A DNA stretch of 64,000 nucleotides from Polyangiaceae bacterium (GTDB taxonomy: Bacteria; Myxococcota_A; Polyangia; Polyangiales; Polyangiaceae). Under the pieces are notes generated by a model. It was not told where the DNA came from. It saw only the letters and a program-made list of their open reading frames with translations, and made no database searches. Of this stretch, positions 28,810 through 37,989 are shown one piece after another. Within the stretch, counting starts at the first letter, position 1; every line of letters starts with the position of its first letter. Location: assembly GCA_050287085.1 (NCBI GenBank), contig JBNKBE010000026.1:1-64000 (forward strand). The letters are read 5' to 3'. The translations under genes were made by a program, and so were the position numbers.

Positions 28810-29493
28810 TTGGCCCACACCTACAAACACCCCCGGCCCGCCCTGGCGGTCGACTGCGTCGTCTTCGCCGTATTCGATGATGTGTTGGAGGTGCTCCTGA
28901 TTCAGCGAAAGGAGCCGCCCTTCAAAGACGGTTGGGCGCTCCCTGGTGGCTTCGTTCGCATGAACGAAACGGCCGAAGACGCAGCGCGACGGGAGCTGTG
29001 GGAGGAAACACACTTGCGGGAGCCCTACTTAGAGCAACTCTACACCTTCACGGCGCCGGACCGCGACCCGCGTGAACGGGTGGTGTCTGTTGCGTACACC
29101 GCTCTGGTAAAGCCCGCAGCCGTACAGGGCGGCACGGACGCTGTGGTGGCCAAGTGGTCGCCCATTGCGGCGGTAGGGTCGCTGGCGTTCGACCACCAGG
29201 ACATTCTCAACATGGCGCTCCAGCGGCTGCGTTCCAAGGTCCGGTATCAGCCCTTGGGCTTCGAGCTGCTGCCTACCAAGTTCACCCTGGGCCAGTTGCA
29301 GCGCCTCTACGAAGCCATCCTAGGCAAGCCTCTGGACGCGCGCAACTTCCGACGCACAATCCTCAAGATGGGCATCCTATTGGAGTTGGATGAACAGGAG
29401 ACAGGTGTCGCCCACCGTCCGTCGCGCCTGTATCAGTTTGACAAACAAGCCTACGACCGCTTGTTGAAGGCCGGCTTCAACTTCGAGGTGTGA
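28810..29493 (+). CDS. nrtR: NrtR transcriptional regulator (Nudix plus winged helix-turn-helix)
   Basis: Nudix domain followed by [22 protein letters not shown]...RNFRR...HRPSRLY. The TTG start is inferred. Confidence 0.9.
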   Translation: MAHTYKHPRPALAVDCVVFAVFDDVLEVLLIQRKEPPFKDGWALPGGFVRMNETAEDAARRELWEETHLREPYLEQLYTFTAPDRDPRERVVSVAYTALVKPAAVQGGTDAVVAKWSPIAAVGSLAFDHQDILNMALQRLRSKVRYQPLGFELLPTKFTLGQLQRLYEAILGKPLDARNFRRTILKMGILLELDEQETGVAHRPSRLYQFDKQAYDRLLKAGFNFEV

Positions 29494-29573
29494 GGGGCGG
29501 AACCAGAAATCGATTCGTCGGTTGCCATTGGCGCGGCTCCAAAGAGCGCAGCCTCGCGCGGACCTTGCAAGTT

Positions 29574-29603
29574 TAGGACAAGTGTCCTAGGACGTCTGTC
29601 CTA
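29574..29603. promoter_or_regulatory. Two overlapping TAGGAC-N4-GTCCTA palindromes, probable TetR operator
   Basis: Located at 29574-29589 and 29588-29603, ending 16 bp before the tetR ATG. Confidence 0.8.
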
Positions 29604-29619
29604 AGCTCTGTTGTTGCCT

Positions 29620-30207
29620 ATGATGTCGACTCGCGACCGCATTATCGAATCCGCCGATCAGCTGTTCTACGAACAGGGCTTCGGCGCGACCTCGTTCGGT
29701 GACATTGCGGCCGAGGTCCGACTCTCGCGCGGCAACTTCTATCATCACTTCAAGACGAAAGACGAAATCCTCGACGCGGTCATCGAGCGCCGGCTAGCGG
29801 CTACGAGCGTGATGTTGGAGAAGTGGGAGGCGGGGTCGCCGGAGCCGCTGCAGCGCATCGAAAGCTTCGTTCGCATTCTGCTCGTGAACCAGACCAAGAT
29901 CATGCGCTTCGGCTGTCCTGTCGGCTCGCTGTGCTCCGAGCTTGCGCGGCACGGTCACCCCTTGCAGCCCGACGCCAACCGCTTGTTCGTGCTGTTTCGT
30001 ACCTGGCTCGGACGGCAGTTCGAGCTGCTCGGCGTGCGTACCGACTCGGACGAGCTGGCGATGCACGTGCTGGCGCGAAGCCAAGGCATCGCCGCCCTTG
30101 CCCAATCGTTCGGAGACCGCGCTTTCGTCGACCGCGAGGTTCGAGCGTTGAACACATGGGTCAAGTCCCAGGTCCGTGGCGGTCGGCGTCGCCGTTCTTC
30201 CGCTTGA
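29620..30207 (+). CDS. TetR/AcrR family regulator (NemR/LmrA-like)
   Basis: LFYEQGFGATSFGDIA...RGNFYHHFKTKDEI HTH and GCPVGSL C-terminal motif. Confidence 0.92.
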   Translation: MMSTRDRIIESADQLFYEQGFGATSFGDIAAEVRLSRGNFYHHFKTKDEILDAVIERRLAATSVMLEKWEAGSPEPLQRIESFVRILLVNQTKIMRFGCPVGSLCSELARHGHPLQPDANRLFVLFRTWLGRQFELLGVRTDSDELAMHVLARSQGIAALAQSFGDRAFVDREVRALNTWVKSQVRGGRRRRSSA

Positions 30208-30242
30208 TACGAGCCTTTAACCAAGAGAGATAGGAACCTACC

Positions 30243-30536
30243 ATGTTCGTCGTATTGTTGCGTTTCGCCTCGAACCGTAGTCTTGCCGGGGAGTATATGA
30301 GCGAGCACAACGCTTGGCTTTCCCGCGGCTTCGACGACGGCGTTTTTCTGGTGTCCGGTAACTTGCAGCCAGCAGCTGGTGGCGCCATTCTGACCTCGAA
30401 CCTCACCCGCGAACAGCTCGAAGCACGCTTGGCCGAAGACCCCTTCGTTGAGCACGGCATCGTCGATGCCGATGTGCTGCAGATCGATGCCAAGCGCGTC
30501 GACGCGCGCCTGAGTTTTCTGAAGGAGCCTTCGTGA
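30243..30536 (+). CDS. YciI family protein
   Basis: EHNAWL...G..L.SG...GGAIL...EDPF pattern, 97 aa. Confidence 0.85.
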   Translation: MFVVLLRFASNRSLAGEYMSEHNAWLSRGFDDGVFLVSGNLQPAAGGAILTSNLTREQLEARLAEDPFVEHGIVDADVLQIDAKRVDARLSFLKEPS

Positions 30537-30866
30537 CGGCCCGCGAAGTCTACGTCGGTCCGGACAGTAAGCCCAGGTGCCGGTGGTGCGGAGCCGCTCC
30601 GGAGTTCTTGGCCTACCACGACTCGGAATGGGGGTTTCCGGTGGCCAGCGACCAAACGTTGTTCGAGAAGCTTTGCCTCGAGGGTTCTCAAGTTCGTCGG
30701 CCCAACCACGGTGTACGCCTTCATGCAAGCGATGGGGCTGGTCAACGATTACGGACCCGAGTGCATCGTGCGGGCAAAGGTCCAGAACGCGCGACGTCGC
30801 TTCACCCCGCCGCGCCATCACCCCGCGTCGAGCGGGCCCGAGGGGCTCAGTTGCGGGGCGCCATAG
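30533..30866 (+). pseudogene. tag: DNA-3-methyladenine glycosylase I with internal deletion and frameshift
   Basis: N-terminal RCRW...YHDSEWG...LFEKLCLEG is joined at about 30688 to the C-terminal KFVGPTTVYAFMQAMGLVND in another frame; the middle of the gene is absent. Confidence 0.85.
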
Positions 30867-32121
30867 CGCTTGGCTCCGGCGTGAACGTCGCGCAAATATA
30901 CTGCTCCAGCTCCCTGGCCTGGGTTGCCGATAGTTCGACCTTCCCCGGATGCGCGGCACGGCCTGGCGCTCCCATCAACCAGTGCGCCACTCCAACGTCG
31001 TACGCCGCGTGGGACAGACGACGCTCGCAAGCGAAGGCTAGAGCCGGAACGCGGTAGCCACCGCTGCCGCGTTCCGGCGACAGCGCCGCTAGTGCGTCGA
31101 CCTCGAGCTGCTCAAGGGAGGCCCAATCCCCCTCCCCGTATTCCCCCCGATGACATCCGCGACACTTCGCGTTGAAGGATTCCGCACCGCGACGCGTCGC
31201 GGCATCTGAAGGCTCCGGCCTCAAGAGGGACGAGCTGCTGAGATGCCAGATGAAGTAGGCGAGGGCAAAAGCCACGGTTCGAGGGGGACGGACCGTCTGA
31301 TGGGCGCTGGTGATGAGCAGCGTCTCGATGCGAACGGCCAGTTCGCCCAGACCGTTCTTTAGATTGCCGGTGTGGTGCAAGCGGGTTTGCAAGCGTGTCG
31401 CGCGGAGGTCCGCTATGGCCACAGGGTTATCCACCCCGTCTGGAGTTGTGTCGACGCGCCCCGGCCCCCAAATGGGACCGCGACCGAGCGCTGTGAGGTC
31501 CAGGTCCGAAGGAGCCCCCAGCCGGTATATGCCCGCATCGACCCGCGCGTGGCAGGTGGCGCAAGTGAGCGCGACGCCCTCTGTACCATCCGCATAACGC
31601 GCGACGACCAGCCCACCGAGCCAGCCCGTCGGATCCGACCAAAGACCGTACCTTTGAGCCAAGTCGACATCGAGCGCGCGGCCTGGCGCAAACACATGAC
31701 CCAACTCGAAGTGACGTTGCGCCGGGTAGCGTTCGAAAGCCCACCGCCCCAGAGCCATGAGCGCAGCATGAGACCAAGCTTCGAGTTCGGGTGCCGATTG
31801 AAAGACACCTGGCTGCAAGGTGCCGCCAACATCCGAAAGTGCAGCCACTTCGGGGTCAAACTCCGGAAGCTGGTCCCAGCCTGCTTCAGTCGCATAATTG
31901 TCCAGACGCAAACGTGCGTAGGTGTTGTCGGCAACCAGCAAACTGGACTCGAGCAGCCCCCGTCGGAAGGCGCCGCTTTCAGGGGTGCTGAACGCACGCC
32001 CTAGGGCCAGGGCGGACTCTTCATCTGTTGTCCTCTCAGCATCGTCTACGAGGAGCCCGTCCGGCGCGTTGCAGGCAATCGTCAGTCCAACTGCAAGCCG
32101 GGAGCCGATGTTGCGCCACAC
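30847..32121 (-). CDS. Di-heme c-type cytochrome lipoprotein
   Basis: Lipobox TIAC; two CxxCH motifs (CATCH, CRGCH); WGPGRVD and YRVPAL. Confidence 0.8.
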   Translation of the reverse strand: MWRNIGSRLAVGLTIACNAPDGLLVDDAERTTDEESALALGRAFSTPESGAFRRGLLESSLLVADNTYARLRLDNYATEAGWDQLPEFDPEVAALSDVGGTLQPGVFQSAPELEAWSHAALMALGRWAFERYPAQRHFELGHVFAPGRALDVDLAQRYGLWSDPTGWLGGLVVARYADGTEGVALTCATCHARVDAGIYRLGAPSDLDLTALGRGPIWGPGRVDTTPDGVDNPVAIADLRATRLQTRLHHTGNLKNGLGELAVRIETLLITSAHQTVRPPRTVAFALAYFIWHLSSSSLLRPEPSDAATRRGAESFNAKCRGCHRGEYGEGDWASLEQLEVDALAALSPERGSGGYRVPALAFACERRLSHAAYDVGVAHWLMGAPGRAAHPGKVELSATQARELEQYICATFTPEPSAMAPRN

Positions 32122-32155
32122 GATAACCCGCTCCCAGAAACGAACCGACAGGGCC

Positions 32156-32905
32156 TCAACCCACGCACTGAGAGTAACTACACCGCCAATGTCCGACTTC
32201 AGAGGTGAACATGCAATAGCCCGAGCCCATTTGGGGATCCCGGCACTCGTCGTCGTTGGTGCACTCGTCTTCAGGCGTGTGACACCAGTAGCCCACTATG
32301 CCGGAGTAGCTTCCACAGCTTCCCATGGAGGGGCTACAATAGCCGCCGGCGCCACAGTCGGTGTCGATGCGACAGTTGCCGTCCAAGCACACGTTGGAGT
32401 CTGACCAGAAGCCGCTTTCGCAGCCACAAGGTCCTCCGCGAGTGCACTCCGAATCGGCGGTACACTCGTCGTAGGTACAGACGAGCCCTCTATGGTCCTC
32501 GCAGCGCCCTCGTATGCCCTCCGTGCAGTCGGTGTCCGATCTGCAAACTGCGTTCGCGTAGGAGATGCCTCCCGCGTTCGTCGGGATGCCAGCGTTGTAG
32601 TCGGGGCGGACCTCGTCGCAGGGGACCGCCTCGGGCCGATGCTCATGGGGTTCGGGCAGGTCGTCGTCGGTCTGCGTGTCGTCGTCGGTCTGCGTGTCGT
32701 CGTCGGTCTGCGCGTCGTCGTCGGTCTGCGTATCGTCGTCAGGAACACCGTTCGGCTCGGAGTCGCTGACGCGCGAGCCGCAGCCGATGAGTACAGTGAG
32801 TAGCAGGCACGCCGACAGGTGTTGCATCCCTTGAATATGGCGCAAATGCATATGTCCGTCATGCACAATTCGAGCCGCGCCATCGGTGAAATTTCGTCGC
32901 ACCAC
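32156..32905 (-). CDS. Cys-rich lipoprotein with DDD(T/A)QT repeats (start likely further downstream)
   Basis: Lipobox LIGC, four 18-bp repeats at about 32661-32740 and multiple CxxDxDC repeats. Confidence 0.75.
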   Translation of the reverse strand: MVRRNFTDGAARIVHDGHMHLRHIQGMQHLSACLLLTVLIGCGSRVSDSEPNGVPDDDTQTDDDAQTDDDTQTDDDTQTDDDLPEPHEHRPEAVPCDEVRPDYNAGIPTNAGGISYANAVCRSDTDCTEGIRGRCEDHRGLVCTYDECTADSECTRGGPCGCESGFWSDSNVCLDGNCRIDTDCGAGGYCSPSMGSCGSYSGIVGYWCHTPEDECTNDDECRDPQMGSGYCMFTSEVGHWRCSYSQCVG

Positions 32906-33379
32906 CGCGACCGACTCTTAGACTCGTCGAGCGCTTCTCGCGAATCGCAGCTGTCACCTGGGACTCATGGCGGCAAATTGTGAACGTTCCCGACCGGTAG
33001 CCGCAAAGCTGCTTGCGTCCGAGCCGCAGCGATACAAGCGCCCCAGTTTTCCGTTGATCCGGAACGAACTTGAACGTGGAGTGCTCGAAGGTCATCGAGA
33101 GTAGTAGATGCTTCGTCTTCGTCTTCGTCTTCGTCTTCGATTTGCCAGAGCACGTGTCGCTGCGGGATGCTGTCAGCAAGTCAGCCAAACGTCGCACGCG
33201 CCAGCGTCGACAGGATCACCGTGCTGTCGTGGTTGCGCTTCGATGCGTGCCGTGGGGTGGTCGAGGGGTACGCAGTCGATGCAAACCACGGTCTCCCCCG
33301 TTGCTTCTCCATGGACAGCATCAGGGCGCGGAACCACGCAAACGTCCGCACCTTTGGCTGAGCGGCCTTCGAGGGGCGC

Positions 33380-33880
33380 TCAGTGCGGCTGTCGCGCCAT
33401 GAGCGGCATCAACCGGAATTCCCCCGTTGCGACGATGATACCAGCCCCGCCCACTTCCACGTTCCGTGTGAATCCGTCGGAAGCGGGGCTGAAGCGCACC
33501 TGCAATCGCGATGCGCGGTTCATTGCATCGCCCTGCTGGATTAGGAGTGTCCGCTTGGGATCGAAGCCAGCGTGTTCGACTAGGTGACACAAGAGCGGCG
33601 CGGCGGCAGAGCCGGTGCCGGGGTCTTCAGGAACACCATGCGCGGGCGCGAAGACGCGGAGATGAGCGCCGGAGCCTTCTGCGTGGAACACATCGATGGT
33701 GTCCGCCGGCTGCTGAGCGAGAGCCGCCAAGTCTGGGGTCAGACGCTCCAGTGTTGCTCGGTCCGCTAGCTGCACCACGACATGACGCATTCCGTTGTCG
33801 TATTGCACAACGGGACTCGCGGTTTTTTCCACCCCGAGAGCGTCGAGCAAAGGCCGGCAGTCGGCGAAGGCGCCGGGCAA
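33380..33880 (-). pseudogene. PhzF family protein, C-terminal half only
   Basis: VFAPAHGVPEDPGTGSAA, QGDAMNRAS and VGG are present; no N-terminal PhzF domain is recognisable upstream. Confidence 0.65.
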
Positions 33881-34103
33881 AGGCGCGCTTCGCGCAAACC
33901 AACCGTGCGGTTCGGCTTTGCCAGAAGCCCGGTGTGTGGTTCGGGTTTACACTCGGCGACCCGAGACCTGACATGAAGCGCCGGTTTCGCGACGGGTTCG
34001 CGCGGGCGCGCCGCTACCAGGCTGGGTGATGAACAGGCTCAGGGACGCCGTGCGCGACCTTCACTCCACTCGGGGGCCGCGTGATGGGCCCCGCACGGAA
34101 GGT

Positions 34104-34179
34104 GTGTAGCTCACGCGCCCGGTGTAGCCCACGCGCCCGGTGTAGCTCACGCGCCCGGTGTAGCCCACGCGCCCGGTGT
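34104..34179. repeat. 18-bp tandem repeat gtgtagcYcacgcgcccg x4 with alternating T/C
   Basis: Directly visible, upstream of the MotAB operon. Confidence 0.9.
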
Positions 34180-34346
34180 TGCACCATGACGCGCGGGCCG
34201 CGTGTCCAGGCGAACAAGTGGTGGCGCTCGCCGCGCGGGGTTGCTAGCGTGGCGCGATGTCGTCCAGCAGCTCCGCGCGTGCGGCGAGGTGCCCACGCGA
34301 GCGTCCGAGAAGGGCCGGCAGGGCGACGAGCCCCTGGTCTACCCGC

Positions 34347-35000
34347 ATGGGCGGACGCCCTCGAGCGCTGCTCGTAGGAGTTCTATTCGGCCTGGGCCAA
34401 ACGGGCTGTTCCACCGTGTACCGACCGCTGGCCGGTTTGAATCGCCCAGTGGTGGTGGACATCGAGACAGAGAACTTCAAGGGGGTTACGCTCCGGCTCC
34501 AATGCCTACCGGGCGACGTCGTCGATGAGGCGGAGGCCCGCACCCTGTGTACGAAGCTTCAGCACCTGTTCGAGAACCAGGGCGCCAAAGTGACCGTGAG
34601 CACTTCCCTGTCGGAGGCGGAGCCTGATGAGCTCGGGGATGATGATGAGCTCGGGGATGAAGAGACCGCAGGGTCGCCAGCGCCTAACAAGAAAGCGGGC
34701 AACAGGCCGCAGCTGACCCTGCGTCTCGCCTCGCACCTGATTCACGAAGACGTCAGCAGCTACCTCTTCTTTGACGTCCGGACGGGCTACTCCTTCGCCC
34801 AAGAGGTCACGCTGACCGACGAGACAGGGTTTCTCCTTGTGCGGGAGCGCCTGACTGCCCAGTTCGAGGACCGGTTCATGGGCAGCCGGAACGGCGAGGA
34901 ATTTTCGCAAGACTTCTACCGACAACTGAGCCAGCTGGCGGTGAATGCGCACGTGCGCCGTCAGGTGCTCGTAGAGTCGGCCATCAACCGCAGCAAGTGA
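34347..35000 (+). CDS. Lipoprotein, gene 1 of the MotAB-linked operon
   Basis: Lipobox QTGC after MGGRPRALLVGVLFGL; alpha/beta pattern with an acidic loop. Confidence 0.75.
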   Translation: MGGRPRALLVGVLFGLGQTGCSTVYRPLAGLNRPVVVDIETENFKGVTLRLQCLPGDVVDEAEARTLCTKLQHLFENQGAKVTVSTSLSEAEPDELGDDDELGDEETAGSPAPNKKAGNRPQLTLRLASHLIHEDVSSYLFFDVRTGYSFAQEVTLTDETGFLLVRERLTAQFEDRFMGSRNGEEFSQDFYRQLSQLAVNAHVRRQVLVESAINRSK

Positions 35001-35006
35001 GAGACC

Positions 35007-35681
35007 GTGGCATTCTGGCTATTCGTCATCCTGTTCATGACTCCCGACCTGATGGAGGGCACGGAAAGCCCCCTAGAGGAAACCGTAGGGGAGGAGCGTC
35101 GCGCTCTGGATTGCGAGCCCTTGAGCATGGACGGAGCTCGCCACTATGCGCCCGGTGAGCTCGGGGAAAGCAGCCCACGCGGTGATTTCTTCGATCGCCG
35201 GGCCGTCGTCTGCCGGGAACGCATCATGAGCTCCTCCGTGCGGCGCTCCGACGACGACGCGGGCCAAGGCCTCCGGGGCCCGCAGGACGACGCAGTGATG
35301 TTGGGTTTGCGTCATACGGCGCGGGAGCTGGCGAGCCTCGTGGGACAGCTGACGCCGTTCGAGCAGCAGCGCACATGGCTGGTCGAAGCGCACTATCCGG
35401 GCACGGCCGTGAGCCAGAAGATCACTTTTGCCGTCAAGAACGAACTGCTCGACCGTGGTTTTCGCGTGACCGATCGGGCGCCGACCCTCGCCGTGGGTGA
35501 CATCGAGGTGCTGGGTCAGCTCGACCCAGCGCGTGCATATCCGCTCGCGTGCGAGCGCTACGTTGCGACCGGGTCATTGCGGCCGGGGGATGTGCTCCTG
35601 GCCGTAGTCCTCAGAGATCCGCGGGAGACGGCCCTACACGCCGGACTCTGCGTCGATGGCAAGTGGCGTTGGCTTCGATGA
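35007..35681 (+). CDS. Hypothetical exported or membrane-anchored protein (operon gene 2)
   Basis: Short hydrophobic N-terminus, four Cys, ATGA overlap with the next gene. Confidence 0.75.
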   Translation: MAFWLFVILFMTPDLMEGTESPLEETVGEERRALDCEPLSMDGARHYAPGELGESSPRGDFFDRRAVVCRERIMSSSVRRSDDDAGQGLRGPQDDAVMLGLRHTARELASLVGQLTPFEQQRTWLVEAHYPGTAVSQKITFAVKNELLDRGFRVTDRAPTLAVGDIEVLGQLDPARAYPLACERYVATGSLRPGDVLLAVVLRDPRETALHAGLCVDGKWRWLR

Positions 35682-36919
35682 GCGCACCCCAGTTTCCACC
35701 CGCCCTGCGCGACTTGCAGCGCCTCGGACTCGTCGCTTGGCGCTGGGTGCAACGGGTTGCGCTTGCGCTCGCGGTCCTGCTCCACAATGGGCCGGCCGCG
35801 GCGGAGCCCGCCACCGAGGCGCAAGAGTGGGAGCTCGCCAAGCTGCGCGCCCAGATTGCTGATCAGGTACAGCTCTCCGCCTACGACTTGCTCGACGAGC
35901 TGGTCTATCAATGGTCGCAGGCGCCCCCTTTCACGACGCCGACGCCCGTTTTCATCGCGGACGTGTCGGTGCCGGTGGGGCTCGGCACGGGCCTGCAAGC
36001 GCTGCTCGAGAATCATCTCGCGAACCTGCTGCTCGCCAACCCCACGACCCACGTGACCCTTTCACACTGCCCGGCGTGCACGGCCGTGGTGGTGCACAGC
36101 GGCAAGAGCGGAACGGTCATCTCTCGCGGCTTGGACAACCCGGAAGCGCTGGCCAAAGTGGGCGGGGCGGGGGGGCGTCACGGGCTGTACATCGACATTT
36201 CTGCCGAAGGTGCGTGGCTGGTGCTCCGCGCGCGCATCACCCAGCTCACGCCCGACCTGCCCGTGGTGTGGAGCCGCACGCTGACAACCACGGCTGGCAC
36301 GCCGCCGCTCCTTCGCAGCCCCGCTGAACTCAAGTCGGCCGAGGACGCGCGGGCAGAGTATCTGGACGCGTTGCAGGGTACGGGTCCGCTGACGTTCTTG
36401 ACCACGTTTGCCATGCGCAGCTACGAGGGCAACCCCTTCAGAGCTATTCCGCCGCCCATCTTGTGGCTGCAGACGGGCCTCGAGCTCGACCTCACCCAGG
36501 CTCGGGCCTGGAAAGGTAGCTTCGTATTGGGCGGTGCGTGGTTGCCCGACGCGTATATCGGCATGATGGCGCAGGCTCGCGTGAGCCGCTTGATCAGCGG
36601 CCAAGCTCGATCGCTGACTCACCCCAACCTCTACTTGTTTCTCGGTGGCGCTATCATGACGTTGGACGGTCCGGCGATGGCGGCGTTCAGGGTGGAGAAC
36701 GCAGAGCAGTTGCTCCGCGATGCGCAAGGCAACACCAGCACCCGGGCGAGCTTTGGCGCCTTGCACCTGGGCCTCGAGGCACGCGTCGGCAACCGCATTG
36801 GCGCCGCCGTGTTCTTGGAGAACATGCCGTACTACCAGAACTCGGGAGAACTCGGTGCCGTGTTGGATTTGGGCATCGAGCTGCACAGCCTGGGTTTCGA
36901 GGTGTCGCTGTGCTTCTAA
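35678..36919 (+). CDS. Exported protein with CxxC alpha/beta N-domain and probable beta-barrel (operon gene 3)
   Basis: Signal peptide, HCPAC, amphipathic strands and C-terminal LGFEVSLCF. Confidence 0.75.
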   Translation: MSAPQFPPALRDLQRLGLVAWRWVQRVALALAVLLHNGPAAAEPATEAQEWELAKLRAQIADQVQLSAYDLLDELVYQWSQAPPFTTPTPVFIADVSVPVGLGTGLQALLENHLANLLLANPTTHVTLSHCPACTAVVVHSGKSGTVISRGLDNPEALAKVGGAGGRHGLYIDISAEGAWLVLRARITQLTPDLPVVWSRTLTTTAGTPPLLRSPAELKSAEDARAEYLDALQGTGPLTFLTTFAMRSYEGNPFRAIPPPILWLQTGLELDLTQARAWKGSFVLGGAWLPDAYIGMMAQARVSRLISGQARSLTHPNLYLFLGGAIMTLDGPAMAAFRVENAEQLLRDAQGNTSTRASFGALHLGLEARVGNRIGAAVFLENMPYYQNSGELGAVLDLGIELHSLGFEVSLCF

Positions 36920-37989
36920 GCGTCGCTGTGCTTCTAGTGATTCGAGCCCGCGGTGCTTTGCTGCAGGCGCGTGCTTTGCTGCGGGCGCGTGCTTTGCTGC
37001 GGGCGCCTGTCTCTGGGGCGGGGCGCGTTGCGTTTCTGGTGCTTGGGTTGGTGCTCAGCTGGTCTCTACGCGTCGGCGCCGCCCCCGCCGCGACGAGCGA
37101 CGCGTTCGAGCGCCTGGAGGAGCTCTTGGAAGTGCGCCAAGAGGAGGGGTTGCTCGACGCGCGCGAAGTCGCACCGATCATCCTGGTCCGGGCCCAACCC
37201 CGCTACAGTGAGTCCCAGGGGTGGTTTCAGACGCGCGCAGCGGCCGTGCTCGTTCGTGTGTTCGGGGCGGGGAGCGTACGCTTCTGCGAAGCGTGTATGG
37301 CGCCGCGCACGGAAGTGCAGGGGGGGCGTCTCGAACAGCATACGGGACCCGTGAGCCTGGATGAAGTCGTAGCGCTGGATGACCGCTATCGCGGAGACTC
37401 TGAGCGCGCACGTACCGCGGTGTGGTTGGAAGAAACGGCCACGGGCATCTCGATCCGCATCACGGATCTGCGTTCTGCGCGGATCGTGTTCGCCCAAAAC
37501 GTCGACCCGTTGCTCGAGGAATACGACGGCGCGGCGCGCAACTTCCGGCTGAGTGAGGAGCTGGAGCGCCGCACCCGCGGGGAGAGCCTGACTCACGCCA
37601 TCTTCGACTTTGGCATCTTGCCCGCGCAGCACGTGGCCTTCGAGTGGGTCGAGCAGTGGGGGGAGAGCAACAACAACCTGACCGGGGTCGTGCTGTCAGC
37701 GTTCGACCCGGCGGCTGGGATAGGGGCTGCCTACCACCGGGTCCTGCAGTGGCAGAACATCACGGTTGGCGTAGAAGGTATCGTCAGCATCCCTACCGCG
37801 ATCGCGCAATCTGCCAGCGACACGGACGTGACTTTATTAGATCCTCTGTTCACGGCCGTCGGCGTCGTGCGCTGGCCGCTCTTCTCGAAGCACTCGAACT
37901 ATGGTGCCGTCTTGTCCCTCTCGACCAATGGTCGCTTGGCGATCGGCCTGTCTTTTCTCAACACCAGCTTCATCCCCATCCTGCCATGA
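36910..37989 (+). CDS. Exported protein with CxxC N-domain and probable beta-barrel (operon gene 4); start uncertain
   Basis: Signal peptide, FCEAC and strands GIGAAYHR, YGAVLSLS, LAIGLSF. Confidence 0.72.
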   Translation: MLLSVAVLLVIRARGALLQARALLRARALLRAPVSGAGRVAFLVLGLVLSWSLRVGAAPAATSDAFERLEELLEVRQEEGLLDAREVAPIILVRAQPRYSESQGWFQTRAAAVLVRVFGAGSVRFCEACMAPRTEVQGGRLEQHTGPVSLDEVVALDDRYRGDSERARTAVWLEETATGISIRITDLRSARIVFAQNVDPLLEEYDGAARNFRLSEELERRTRGESLTHAIFDFGILPAQHVAFEWVEQWGESNNNLTGVVLSAFDPAAGIGAAYHRVLQWQNITVGVEGIVSIPTAIAQSASDTDVTLLDPLFTAVGVVRWPLFSKHSNYGAVLSLSTNGRLAIGLSFLNTSFIPILP

